From positions 960,001 through 1,024,000 of the forward strand of contig CAWFQB010000001.1 of NCBI GenBank assembly GCA_963817895.1: DNA of 64,000 bases. Direction: 5' to 3'. Position 1 is the stretch's first letter. Each line of letters begins with the position of its first letter. The notes below the pieces were generated by a model. That model had not been told where the DNA came from. It worked only from the letters and a program-made list of their open reading frames with translations, and did no database searches. A program made the translations under genes and the position numbers. Below, piece by piece: positions 49,621-59,102 of this stretch. This DNA comes from an uncultured Chthonomonadaceae bacterium. Its GTDB lineage: Bacteria > Armatimonadota > Chthonomonadetes > Chthonomonadales > Chthonomonadaceae.

Positions 49621-50814
49621 ATGAAAGACAAAGATACAGAAATAGACGCGCCGCAAAATAGCGAACGGCGGCGTTTTTTGAAGCAGGCGGGGGTTTTGGG
49701 CGCGACCCTGACATTGCCGGGACAAAGCGGCGCGGCGCAGGAACAGCAGAAACCGCCGCCCCCGGAAGGCGGGCAGAGTACGCAAACCCCGTCCGCGTTC
49801 GCGGGTAAAAACGTCATCAATCAATCGGCGGCGCGGCCCTCGCAGCCCCTGTCGCCGCTTGCCATGACCAACACGGGCGCGGGCCAGATACCGCAAAAGC
49901 CGATGGGCAGCACGGGCGTCAGCGTTTCCATCATCGGCTTGGGCGGTTCCACGCTCGGACAGGCGGACTCCTACGACACGGCGGAAAAGATCACGCATGA
50001 GGCCGTAGACGCGGGCGTGACGTTTATGGACAACGCCTGGGAGTACAATGACCACAAAAGCGAAGATTGGATGGGACGCGCCTTGCAGGGACGGCGCGAC
50101 AAAGTGGTGTTGATGACGAAAGTGTGTACGCACGGGCGGGACGCGAAAGTCGCCATGACGCAACTGGAAGAGTCTTTGCGGCGTTTGCGTACCGACCATC
50201 TGGATGTGTGGCAAATACACGAGTGCGTGTACTGGAACGATCCCGATTTGCACTTTATGCCGGGCGGCGTGGTGGAAGCCCTGGCGCAGGCGAAACAGCA
50301 GGGCAAGGTGCGCTTTGTCGGCTTCACGGGACACAAGAACCCGATGATTCATCTGCGGATGCTGGAACTCGCCGATAAGCGGGGCGTCAAGTTCGACACG
50401 GCGCAAATGCCGCTCAACGCTTTTGATGCCACGTATCGCAGTTTCGAGCAGCAGGTGCTGCCGGAAATCCAACGGCGCGGCATGGCGGCGTTCGGTATGA
50501 AAAGTTTGGGCGGAAATGGCGAGGCCGTGATGCAGGGGGCCGTCACGATTACGGAAGCCCTGCGCTACGCGATGAGCCTGCCCGTCGCCACCACCATCAG
50601 CGGCATTGATTCGCTGGCCGTGCTGCGACAGAACTTAGGCGTGGCCCGCGACTTCAAGCCTATGTCCATGCCGGAGATGCAGGCTCTGCGCGAACGGTGC
50701 AGCATCGCCGCGTCCGACGGCCATCTGGAACTGTACAAATCCACCAAGCGCTACGACGCGGCGGTAGGCCGCCAGCAGCACGGCTACCCCGATGATGAGC
50801 AACTGCCTATCTGA
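49621..50814 (+). CDS. Tat-exported aldo/keto reductase (paralog)
   Basis: ERRRFLK, MDNAWEY, DHLDVWQIH, GKVRFVGFTGH. Confidence 0.92.
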   Translation: MKDKDTEIDAPQNSERRRFLKQAGVLGATLTLPGQSGAAQEQQKPPPPEGGQSTQTPSAFAGKNVINQSAARPSQPLSPLAMTNTGAGQIPQKPMGSTGVSVSIIGLGGSTLGQADSYDTAEKITHEAVDAGVTFMDNAWEYNDHKSEDWMGRALQGRRDKVVLMTKVCTHGRDAKVAMTQLEESLRRLRTDHLDVWQIHECVYWNDPDLHFMPGGVVEALAQAKQQGKVRFVGFTGHKNPMIHLRMLELADKRGVKFDTAQMPLNAFDATYRSFEQQVLPEIQRRGMAAFGMKSLGGNGEAVMQGAVTITEALRYAMSLPVATTISGIDSLAVLRQNLGVARDFKPMSMPEMQALRERCSIAASDGHLELYKSTKRYDAAVGRQQHGYPDDEQLPI

Positions 50815-50924
50815 TACTACTCTCCTATTCTGTAAGCGCTATGAGAACTGTTTGAACTCTTTTTCGAGGCTGTAGTAACGCCGCAGGGAACATAACATAT
50901 TATGTTCCCTGCGGCATTGTGTCC

Positions 50925-53282
50925 CTACGCGAGTGCTTGGAAGAGGCGGTAATCCGGCGTGGATAGACGCTGCGCGGACTGGAGAGCACTCCAGTTGATG
51001 CCGCAATCGCGCAGGTAACACTCCAGAGCGTCTTCCAGCGGCTGTAGCATTTGCCCCCATTCCGTGCCAAGTACCGTGTACAGCGGACGCCGCGCGGTCA
51101 GGCGCAGTTCACGGGTCGGGCATGCATGCAGGGTTGCCGCTTCAATGCCCGCTTTTTCCGCCGCCATTCGCGCCAGTTGTTCCCAGGTGACGGCTCCCGC
51201 ATTTGCCAGATGCCATACGCCGGTCGCGCCGTCAAGCAGCAGGTCCAGACAGGCGTGAACCAGATCAGGCACATACGTCGGGGAAACGATAGCATCATTG
51301 ACGGCGACAAACGAGTCGCCTTCCGCCAGCGCGCGCAGGGCGGTCGCGACGAAATTGCAGCCGTTCCACGGGCTGAACAATGCGCTCGCGCGGACAATCA
51401 GCGCGTCGGGCATAATCTCCTGCACCAGTTTCTCGGCCTTGCCCTTGCTTCTGCCGTACACGTTCATCGGCGTCGGCGGGTCGCTTTCCAGATACGGCTC
51501 GGTCTTACGCCCGTTGAAAACCAGATCGGAAGAGAAGGTCAGCAGGGGGATATTCAGCCGCTTGCACTCCGCCGCCAGCAGGGCAGGTCCGGCGGTATTG
51601 GTCTGATAACAACGCTCCTCGTCCCCCTCCGCCCCATCTAAATCCACGTAGCCCGCCGCGTTGATAATCGCCCAGGGGCGATGCCGCTCCAGTTGCGCTT
51701 CCACGGAAGACACATCGGTAATGTCCATGTCCGGGCGTGACAGCGCGACGTGCGGGATACGCCGCATCTGGCACAATCGCGCGAACGCATAGCCCAGTGT
51801 ACCCGCCGCGCCCGTGATAAGCAGGGGACGCGCTTCCTTGAAGCGGGGACGGCGTTTCACAAGCGTGGCAGGCTTCCGAGGTTCGCGCTGTTCCCCGGCA
51901 TCCGCTTCTTCCGTCTCAAGCGACGCCGTTTTCTGTTCCTGCTGTTGTTCCCGGTTCAATTGTTCCAGACTCCAATCTTCGGCAGGGTACAGCAGGCGCA
52001 GGGGTTCGCGCCACCAGCCCTGCGCGGACATGACCGGATGATCGGGTTTTTGCCCCCGCGCCAGTTGCCGCGTCAACTCGGCCAATGCGGTGGGGCGCGG
52101 ATGACCGCCCCGAACATCGAACACGCCCGACTCGTAGTGTCCCCGGCAGTTGGTCAGAAGGCTGTCCCAATCATAGGAGCCGAGCAGCGCCCATACCGTC
52201 ACAGCCTGCATGTCTATCCCCTGCTCGCGCGCCTCCGTCGCCGCCTGCCACACGTCCCACAGCCAGCGCATCTGCTCCTCGCGGGTGCAGCCTAAATGCG
52301 CTTCCGTAATCGCGAGGGGTAAATGGTACCGCTCCCATGCTTCCGCTATGATACCCCGAATTCCTCCTACGCCCTCCATCAGGGCGCGAATAGCCTCCAC
52401 ATCCGCGTAGCGGTCGCGTCCATTGCCTGCCCGTGTCTGTTCGGGATAGCGTTCACAGTGCTCATCCAGAAAACGTTCGCTCGTCAGATAGTGGTTGATG
52501 CCGATAATATCGGGCGGGCAGGGGTTTTCCTGAAACCACGCCAATTCCGCTTCGCTAATTTCACAGCCGCGCAAATGTTTCCACATGCGATGCTCCCGGT
52601 TGACTCGCCCACACAGCAAATCCCAGGTAATCCAGCGCCGCTCGTTTTCAAAATCCGCCTGATACCGCATGTGGGGCGTACTGTACGTTTTGCCCAGATC
52701 ATCCGTTTGTATCAGCCGCGCGGCGGGGTTTATCTCGCGAATGGCCTGCATGGACAGGGCAACCGCGAGGCACTGATTGACCACTGCCCGGGCAAAACAC
52801 GGCTCATCCGTGCCGTGCGGATACCAGTGTCCGTACAGGCCGCTGAACCGCGCCGTCGTGAGCGGCTCATTTACGGGCGTGTAATCCTGAACCCAAGGAT
52901 AGCGGCGGGCCACGCGGCGGGCGTGAGAAGCCAGACCGTCCGCGAAATCGGGGGAAACCAGGCTCGTATGGCGCGGGCCGCTGCCGTGATGCGTCAGACC
53001 CACAATCGGGCGAATGTTCAATTCGCGCAGCCGCGCCATGCGCGTATCCGCCCAGGACCAGTCGCAGTCGCCCGTATTGTTTTCGCCCGTGAACCGCTCC
53101 CACAGAACCGGGTAGCGCAGGGCGCGGATGCCCAATCCGGCGAACAAATCCAAATCTTCCAATCGGGCGGCGTGGCCGTTGCGGGCAAGCTGATCGTTAT
53201 AATCATTACCTACGCGATTTATCGTACATTCAATGCCTCCCCAGAGCTGCGGGGCCGGGGGATGCGGGTGTTGCTTCGTCAA
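50925..53282 (-). CDS. GH1-like glycoside hydrolase fused to an RmlD-like dTDP-sugar reductase
   Basis: WGGIECT, VNEP, ITEAH; GAAGTLG, NAAGY, FSSDLVF, YGRSK; TTG at 53282 after gggag. Confidence 0.88.
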   Translation of the reverse strand: MTKQHPHPPAPQLWGGIECTINRVGNDYNDQLARNGHAARLEDLDLFAGLGIRALRYPVLWERFTGENNTGDCDWSWADTRMARLRELNIRPIVGLTHHGSGPRHTSLVSPDFADGLASHARRVARRYPWVQDYTPVNEPLTTARFSGLYGHWYPHGTDEPCFARAVVNQCLAVALSMQAIREINPAARLIQTDDLGKTYSTPHMRYQADFENERRWITWDLLCGRVNREHRMWKHLRGCEISEAELAWFQENPCPPDIIGINHYLTSERFLDEHCERYPEQTRAGNGRDRYADVEAIRALMEGVGGIRGIIAEAWERYHLPLAITEAHLGCTREEQMRWLWDVWQAATEAREQGIDMQAVTVWALLGSYDWDSLLTNCRGHYESGVFDVRGGHPRPTALAELTRQLARGQKPDHPVMSAQGWWREPLRLLYPAEDWSLEQLNREQQQEQKTASLETEEADAGEQREPRKPATLVKRRPRFKEARPLLITGAAGTLGYAFARLCQMRRIPHVALSRPDMDITDVSSVEAQLERHRPWAIINAAGYVDLDGAEGDEERCYQTNTAGPALLAAECKRLNIPLLTFSSDLVFNGRKTEPYLESDPPTPMNVYGRSKGKAEKLVQEIMPDALIVRASALFSPWNGCNFVATALRALAEGDSFVAVNDAIVSPTYVPDLVHACLDLLLDGATGVWHLANAGAVTWEQLARMAAEKAGIEAATLHACPTRELRLTARRPLYTVLGTEWGQMLQPLEDALECYLRDCGINWSALQSAQRLSTPDYRLFQALA

Positions 53283-53393
53283 ATACTTACTCCCAATTCC
53301 ATAAGCGAATGGCTGCTGTTGTCTGCGATTGCTATTCAAACGTTGCTGCAAACGGACGCCAACACGCGCTTATGGAGTGTTCCCGCCGGACAT

Positions 53394-54365
53394 TCATCCT
53401 GGAATATTCGTCCGGCAGGAGATATTGTCTTGCTCGGTTTGAGCCGCTACGGCAATGGTTTGCCCTGTTCTCTGAATCGCAAGGCTTGCCGGACGGCGTT
53501 GTGTTAAATCGAAACGGTCGTTATGGCTTAAAATGTGCAGGGTGAGATTATAAAGAGAAAGGGCGGAATCGCGGGCTTCATCCGCAATGTTGGAGTAGGT
53601 CACGCGCCCCCCATCCGCCACATACACTCCCCCGTTGCCCAGCACGGTAAACCCCTGCTGCGCGTCGTCTACGACAATGGCGGTATTCTCATCAATGCCG
53701 ATGCCCAGGATACGCGGGTTTTGCGCTACCGCGCCGAGCAGCCTGCCGATACGTCCCCGCTCGGCGAAATGCTGGTCAATAATCGCGCTGCCAATCAATC
53801 CCAGGCCGGGGGCCATCATCAAATCCCCGATACGGTACGATTCGTCGCCTGTGCCGCGCACAAGCATGGTTTCGCACATGGCGGACGCGCCCGCCGATGT
53901 GCCGGCAATCACGCCGCCCCCGTTGTAAATCGCCTGAATCCGCTCCATAATGGGCGTGTCGCCGATCTGGCTGGTGATTTTCAACTGGTCGCCGCCCGTA
54001 AAGAACAGGCACGCCGCGCCCTCCAAAAGCGCGACCCTGTCCTCCTCAAAAGCTTCATGACGGTTTCGTATAGTAAGTTCTACGACTTCGGACGCGCCCA
54101 ATTCCCTGAATGCGGTCTGGTAGGGTTCAAAGTAGCCCTCCGGCTGATGCGAGGCGACCGTAGTGACGACAATTTTGCCGCCCCCGACGCGCCGCGCGAT
54201 TTCGCTGAGAATTATTTTCTCGCCGGTTTTGTCCTCATGCCCGCCGATGATAACGAGTGTGCCGCTTGTCTGATTTGTTCCCTGCAATCTACTGTTGCCC
54301 CGTGTTTCCGTGCCATTTTTTTCGCGATGCTTTCCGTTTGCCGTATGTTCACTGGTTTGGGTCAT
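53394..54365 (-). CDS. cphB: Cyanophycinase
   Basis: IIGGHEDK, FTGGDQ, GTSAGA, IDQHFAERGR.GRL, GIDENT. Confidence 0.95.
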   Translation of the reverse strand: MTQTSEHTANGKHREKNGTETRGNSRLQGTNQTSGTLVIIGGHEDKTGEKIILSEIARRVGGGKIVVTTVASHQPEGYFEPYQTAFRELGASEVVELTIRNRHEAFEEDRVALLEGAACLFFTGGDQLKITSQIGDTPIMERIQAIYNGGGVIAGTSAGASAMCETMLVRGTGDESYRIGDLMMAPGLGLIGSAIIDQHFAERGRIGRLLGAVAQNPRILGIGIDENTAIVVDDAQQGFTVLGNGGVYVADGGRVTYSNIADEARDSALSLYNLTLHILSHNDRFDLTQRRPASLAIQRTGQTIAVAAQTEQDNISCRTNIPG

Positions 54366-55284
54366 GCGCGTTCCCCCCTTCCTCGCCCTTTTCTTCGCTC
54401 TTTTGAATATAAGCGCGGGGCGCATCCGTTTGGTTGCTCTGGTACGCGCAGGCCATTTGCGCGGAATTGTGCGTCCACCCGATATTCCCGGCGTTATTCA
54501 GCAGAATACAGCCGGCCTCTCCCTCCGCGTACTCCACCAGCATTTGAATCGCGGCCTGTCCGGCTTGTTCTACAGCAGCATCTGTTTTTAATCGGTCAAT
54601 AGTACGCGCCGCAAGCGCGCTGCGCATGATCGCTTCGCCATCGCCCGTCATGGCGCAGCCTCCCGTTCGGCTGTCCGCATAGAATCCCGCGCCGACCGAG
54701 GCGGAATCTCCCACGCGACCGGGGATGTTGTTGCCCGTGCCGCCTGTGGAAACGCCGCAGGCTATATTGCCCGACAAATCCAGCGCGACTGCGCCCACTG
54801 TGTTGTTTGCGAGTGGCTTTTGAGAGGCTTGCTGCTGCTCCGTTTCCCACTTCTCGCATTGTTCATCCGTTATCAGGGCGTCGGGATTACAGAGTTCCGC
54901 GCCGTTTTGCTCCGCGAACTGCCGCGCATACGGCCCGACAATCAGAACGGGCGGCTGTTCCAGCACAAGACGCGCTACGGAAATGGGATGCCGAACGCCT
55001 TCGATAGCGCCGACTGCGCCCGACTCGCGGCGGCTGCCGTCCATGATTCCGGCGTCCATGCGCGCCTTGCCGTCCGCGTTCAACACCGAGCCGTAGCCCG
55101 CATTGAATACTGGATCGTCCTCCAGAACGCGAATCGCCGCTTCTACGGCATCCAGCGCGCTACCGCCCTCTTCCAGCAGTTTCCACCCGACGCGGACAGC
55201 ATTCAGGCAGCCCTGTTTCGCCGGTTCGCGCTTTTCCGGGGGCCACGATTTGGCCCCTCCGTGAACAATCAACGCGATACTCAT
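54349..55284 (-). CDS. iaaA: Isoaspartyl peptidase / L-asparaginase (Ntn hydrolase)
   Basis: LIVHGGA, FNAGYGS, MDA.IMDG, NTVGAVA, STGG, GRVGDS, TGDGE. Confidence 0.9.
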   Translation of the reverse strand: MSIALIVHGGAKSWPPEKREPAKQGCLNAVRVGWKLLEEGGSALDAVEAAIRVLEDDPVFNAGYGSVLNADGKARMDAGIMDGSRRESGAVGAIEGVRHPISVARLVLEQPPVLIVGPYARQFAEQNGAELCNPDALITDEQCEKWETEQQQASQKPLANNTVGAVALDLSGNIACGVSTGGTGNNIPGRVGDSASVGAGFYADSRTGGCAMTGDGEAIMRSALAARTIDRLKTDAAVEQAGQAAIQMLVEYAEGEAGCILLNNAGNIGWTHNSAQMACAYQSNQTDAPRAYIQKSEEKGEEGGNAHDPNQ

Positions 55285-58133
55285 ACCTGCTCCTGTTCTT
55301 TCGCTTCGCCCGATTGCGGGGTCGGATACTGGAACGACGTGATGCGCTCCCAGCAGCCATAGTAGTTGTCGCAGAACACCAGCACCAGATCGTTGGGGCG
55401 GGCGCGTTCCAGCGCGCCCTGAACCGCCGCGCACTCATCGCTGATGTGCGTGATATTATCTTTGGACAGCCCGCCCGCAATAGCCCCCTCCTCAATCAAC
55501 TGAGGAACTATGCCTTTGGGCCTGCCGCGCAGCAGCGTCGTCTCTTTGATAACCATCTCGTCGCTGATTTCCGCCACAATCGCGCCCAGATCCCGCGTGT
55601 CCTGATCGCGCCGATCCCCCGTACCCGTCAGCACGGATAGAACGCGGTTGTAGCGGGACCGCATCCGCTTGATAAGCCCGATAAACTCGCGCATCCCGTC
55701 CGGGTTGTGCGCGTAATCCAGAATCACGCGGAACGGCAACTTGTCGTAGATGTTGAGCCGCCCCGGATTATGCTCGAACGTGGTCGCGAAACTGCCCAGC
55801 GCTTTGCGAATGGTGTCGGCAGGAACGCCAAGCCCGTATGTAATCGCCGCCGCCGCCAGCGCGTTTTGAACGTTGAAACGCGCCATGCCCTCAATCGTGG
55901 CGGGTATCTCATGCGCCCACAACAGGGGGATATACTGCTCGCCATCATAGATGGTGAGCATGTCGCCCTTCAATCCCGGCTGCAAAACGACCGCTTTGCC
56001 GCCGCCCTGTATGTGTTGGCGCAGATGTTCCGGGCTGTCCTCGCCGCCATGCATGGAAAAGAAGATCAGTTTCCCCTCGGCGCGGCGGCGCATCCGCGTG
56101 GTCAGCGGGTCATCGGCGTTGAGAACGCTGTGTCCGTCCTCCTTCACCACTTCCACGATCAGCGATTTCACCCAGGCGAGGTCTTCAATGGTTTCCACGC
56201 CCTTCAGTCCCAGGTGGTCGGGCTGAATGTTCAGCACGGCTCCCACATCGCAGCGGTCGAAGCCCAATCCTTCGCGCAGAATGCCGCCCCGCGCCGTTTC
56301 CAGCACGGCCACATCAATGGTGGGGTCTTGCAGCGTCATGCGCGCGCTTTTCGGCCCGGTCGTATCCCCCGACATCAGCAGATGCTCATCAATATAAATG
56401 CCCGTCGAAGTGGTCAGACCCACGCGCTTGCCGGTCGCTTTCACGATGTGCGCCACCATGCGCGATGTGGTTGTTTTGCCGTTTGTACCCGTAATGGAGA
56501 TCACGGGGATGCGGCACGGAACCGGGTCCGGGAACAGCATGTCTATCACGGGTCGGGCCACATTGCGGGGCTTGCCTTCCGAGGGCTGCAGGTGCATCCG
56601 AAAACCCGGCCCGGCATTTACCTCCACGATCCCGCCGCCCGCTTCGCACAGGGAACGAGTGATGTCCGGGGCCACGATGTCAATGCCCGCCACATCCAGC
56701 CCGATGATATGGGCGGCGCGTTCGCAAATCTCGATGTTGTCGGGGTGCATCACATCGGTCATATCAATGGCCGTGCCGCCCGTAGACATGTTGGCCGTCG
56801 CCCGCAAATAGCACATTTCGCCCTGCGGCAGCACGGTTTCCAGCGTATGCCCGGATTGTTCCAGCAACCGCTCCACCTGCGCGTCAACCGTGATGCGCGT
56901 CATCACTTTTTCATGTCCCACGCCCCGGCGCGGGTCCTGGTTGACGATTTCGATTAGTTGCGCAATGGTATGCTCGCCATCCCCGACAACGCGCGCGGGA
57001 ACGCGCTGCGCGCAGGCGACCACCTTGTAGTTGACCACGAGAACCCGGAAATCATAGCCCTCGTAATAGCGTTCCACGATTACGGCGCGGCTGTGCTGCT
57101 GCGCCTGCTCGAAGCCCCAGATCACCTGTTGGGCGTCCATCAGGTTCAGTGACACGCCCCTTCCGTGGTTGCCGTCAACGGGCTTGGTGACGACCGGGTA
57201 GCCGATTTTTTCGGCGGCTTCCACTGCTTCTTCCGAAGTTCGCGCCATCGTTTGCTGCGGCACGGGAATGCCGGCTTCGGACAAAAGGTGGCAGGTCAGG
57301 TTTTTATCGCTGGCAGTCTCCAACGCGATATGTGAGGTCATGCCGGTCACGCTGGCGCGGATGCGTTGCTGATAGCGTCCATATCCCAACTGCACCAGAC
57401 TCTGCTCGTCCAGACGCAGAGCGGGGATGCCCCGCTTGCGAGCCTCGTCTACAAGGGATTGCGTGGTCGGGCCAAGCGCCTGCCGCTCGGCGATCCGAAT
57501 CAGGGCTTCCAGTTCGGTCTGGAAATCGAACGGCGCGTCGGGCGTTTCCACCAGTCGGGCGTCAGCAGGAACAAACATTTCCAGTCCCGCGATTCCGCAC
57601 AGTTCGGGCGGCAACAGGGTGTCTATCAGGCGCAGCGCCATCCATCCGGCCAGCAGGCCCACCCGCTCTTCCAGATAGGAATAAACGACATTGTAGCTTC
57701 CCGGCTGCTCCTTGAGTTCGCGCGTTTTACCATAAGTGACGGGCGTACCAGCCAGGCATTGCAATTCCATCGCTACATGCTCGGCAACGTGTCCAAGCCA
57801 GGTTCCCTCTTCCAAACGCCGGACAAAGCCGCCCGGTTCTCCATACGAGCAGCCATGCTCATGCAGAGACGGAACCAGTTTCAGCAATTTTTGTGTAAAT
57901 CCAGGCAGGCGATTGGTCGGGAACTGTTCCAGAGTTCCGAGGTCAATCACAAACCGAACGATGGGACGATAGCCGTAGGGATTGGGGCCGCGATACACGC
58001 GAGTTTCCATTATCCGCATCGGCTGCGTGTCTTCAGCCATTTCCGCGTGTCGGCCCTCCTGAGCATGCGCGCTGAGTTCTTGAATTTGCGCTACAGCCCC
58101 GGCGGCGAGTTCTGTAGCCATTATATTTTCCAT
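55281..58133 (-). CDS. cphA: Cyanophycin synthetase (CphA1)
   Basis: RGPN, C-x19-HVAEH, KPVDGNHGRG, EVNAGPGFRMH, GTNGKTT, ETARGG, DYAHN. Confidence 0.97.
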   Translation of the reverse strand: MENIMATELAAGAVAQIQELSAHAQEGRHAEMAEDTQPMRIMETRVYRGPNPYGYRPIVRFVIDLGTLEQFPTNRLPGFTQKLLKLVPSLHEHGCSYGEPGGFVRRLEEGTWLGHVAEHVAMELQCLAGTPVTYGKTRELKEQPGSYNVVYSYLEERVGLLAGWMALRLIDTLLPPELCGIAGLEMFVPADARLVETPDAPFDFQTELEALIRIAERQALGPTTQSLVDEARKRGIPALRLDEQSLVQLGYGRYQQRIRASVTGMTSHIALETASDKNLTCHLLSEAGIPVPQQTMARTSEEAVEAAEKIGYPVVTKPVDGNHGRGVSLNLMDAQQVIWGFEQAQQHSRAVIVERYYEGYDFRVLVVNYKVVACAQRVPARVVGDGEHTIAQLIEIVNQDPRRGVGHEKVMTRITVDAQVERLLEQSGHTLETVLPQGEMCYLRATANMSTGGTAIDMTDVMHPDNIEICERAAHIIGLDVAGIDIVAPDITRSLCEAGGGIVEVNAGPGFRMHLQPSEGKPRNVARPVIDMLFPDPVPCRIPVISITGTNGKTTTSRMVAHIVKATGKRVGLTTSTGIYIDEHLLMSGDTTGPKSARMTLQDPTIDVAVLETARGGILREGLGFDRCDVGAVLNIQPDHLGLKGVETIEDLAWVKSLIVEVVKEDGHSVLNADDPLTTRMRRRAEGKLIFFSMHGGEDSPEHLRQHIQGGGKAVVLQPGLKGDMLTIYDGEQYIPLLWAHEIPATIEGMARFNVQNALAAAAITYGLGVPADTIRKALGSFATTFEHNPGRLNIYDKLPFRVILDYAHNPDGMREFIGLIKRMRSRYNRVLSVLTGTGDRRDQDTRDLGAIVAEISDEMVIKETTLLRGRPKGIVPQLIEEGAIAGGLSKDNITHISDECAAVQGALERARPNDLVLVFCDNYYGCWERITSFQYPTPQSGEAKEQEQV

Positions 58134-58575
58134 GGGGGTTCCTTTTAAGTTACTTGCATGCTTTCGCGAAGCCAGGCTTCGCAAATTGAATTCGACCCGG
58201 CGCGGGCGGCGGAACAGCAGCCCTCCGGCGCGTTTCCTGCCATTGGTTCTGCTGCGGGCGCGGGGAAATCCCAGCGCGTCGGCAACGCCGCGCTGTTCGG
58301 ATGCCGCGCCGCCATTGCAAAGGGCAGGGAGGATGGGTAAACTTCGGGCGTGATCGGCATCCTTGCGAATAACTCCCTCCGGCAGCAGGTTAAAATTTGT
58401 GCTACGATGAACAACAGGCGCGGTATGTGTCGAAATTCAGATTGCGCCCGATACCTGTAAGTTCACGCGGCAACATACTGTAACACGTAAACAGGTAGAA
58501 AGCTGTTGTGTTTTTTTGTTATACGAATGGCCTATTCTGAACCGTGAAATTAGAAAGAGGGCGGGGTAAGCAATC

Positions 58576-59085
58576 ATGCAGAAATCGGAAAAGCAGGGGA
58601 AACACAACGGAATGGAAGAGGCGCGGGCAGTGGCGTACCGTTTCATCGGCTATGCGGCCCGCAGCCGTAGCGAGATTGAGAAACGATTGGAACGCGACGA
58701 GTTTACGCCCGAAGTGATTGCCGCCATTGTGGCCGAGTGCGAGGCGCAGGGATGGATAGACGACACGAAGTTCGCCGGGGATTGGATCGCGGATCGCGCC
58801 GACCGCAAAAAGTACGGCAAGACCCGCCTGAAGATGGAACTCCAGCGCAAAGGAATAGACAAAGACACGCTCAACGAAGCCTTAGACAAAGTGGACGATG
58901 AGGACGAACTGAAACGCGCCCTTGCCGCCGCCCAAACCAAATGGCGGCCCGAAACGTTTTTCGGCCTGCCCCGCGACGCGCAGCAAGCCGAAAAACAAAA
59001 ACTCTCCAATTTTCTCATGCGGCGCGGCTTTACGTGGACGACCATCAAACAGGTACTGGCGGAACTGGCGCTCAGAGACGACTGA
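58576..59085 (+). CDS. recX: Regulatory protein RecX
   Basis: RSRSEIEKRL, IDDTKFA, YGKTRLKMELQRKGI, LMRRGF. Confidence 0.9.
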   Translation: MQKSEKQGKHNGMEEARAVAYRFIGYAARSRSEIEKRLERDEFTPEVIAAIVAECEAQGWIDDTKFAGDWIADRADRKKYGKTRLKMELQRKGIDKDTLNEALDKVDDEDELKRALAAAQTKWRPETFFGLPRDAQQAEKQKLSNFLMRRGFTWTTIKQVLAELALRDD

Positions 59086-59102
59086 CCTCTATTTTCGCCG
59101 GA

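Noticed and set aside
58455..58495. GlnR/NtcA box upstream of cphA
   Set aside because: GCAAC-GTAAC spacing is 10 rather than 11 and there is no GTA-N8-TAC; too weak.
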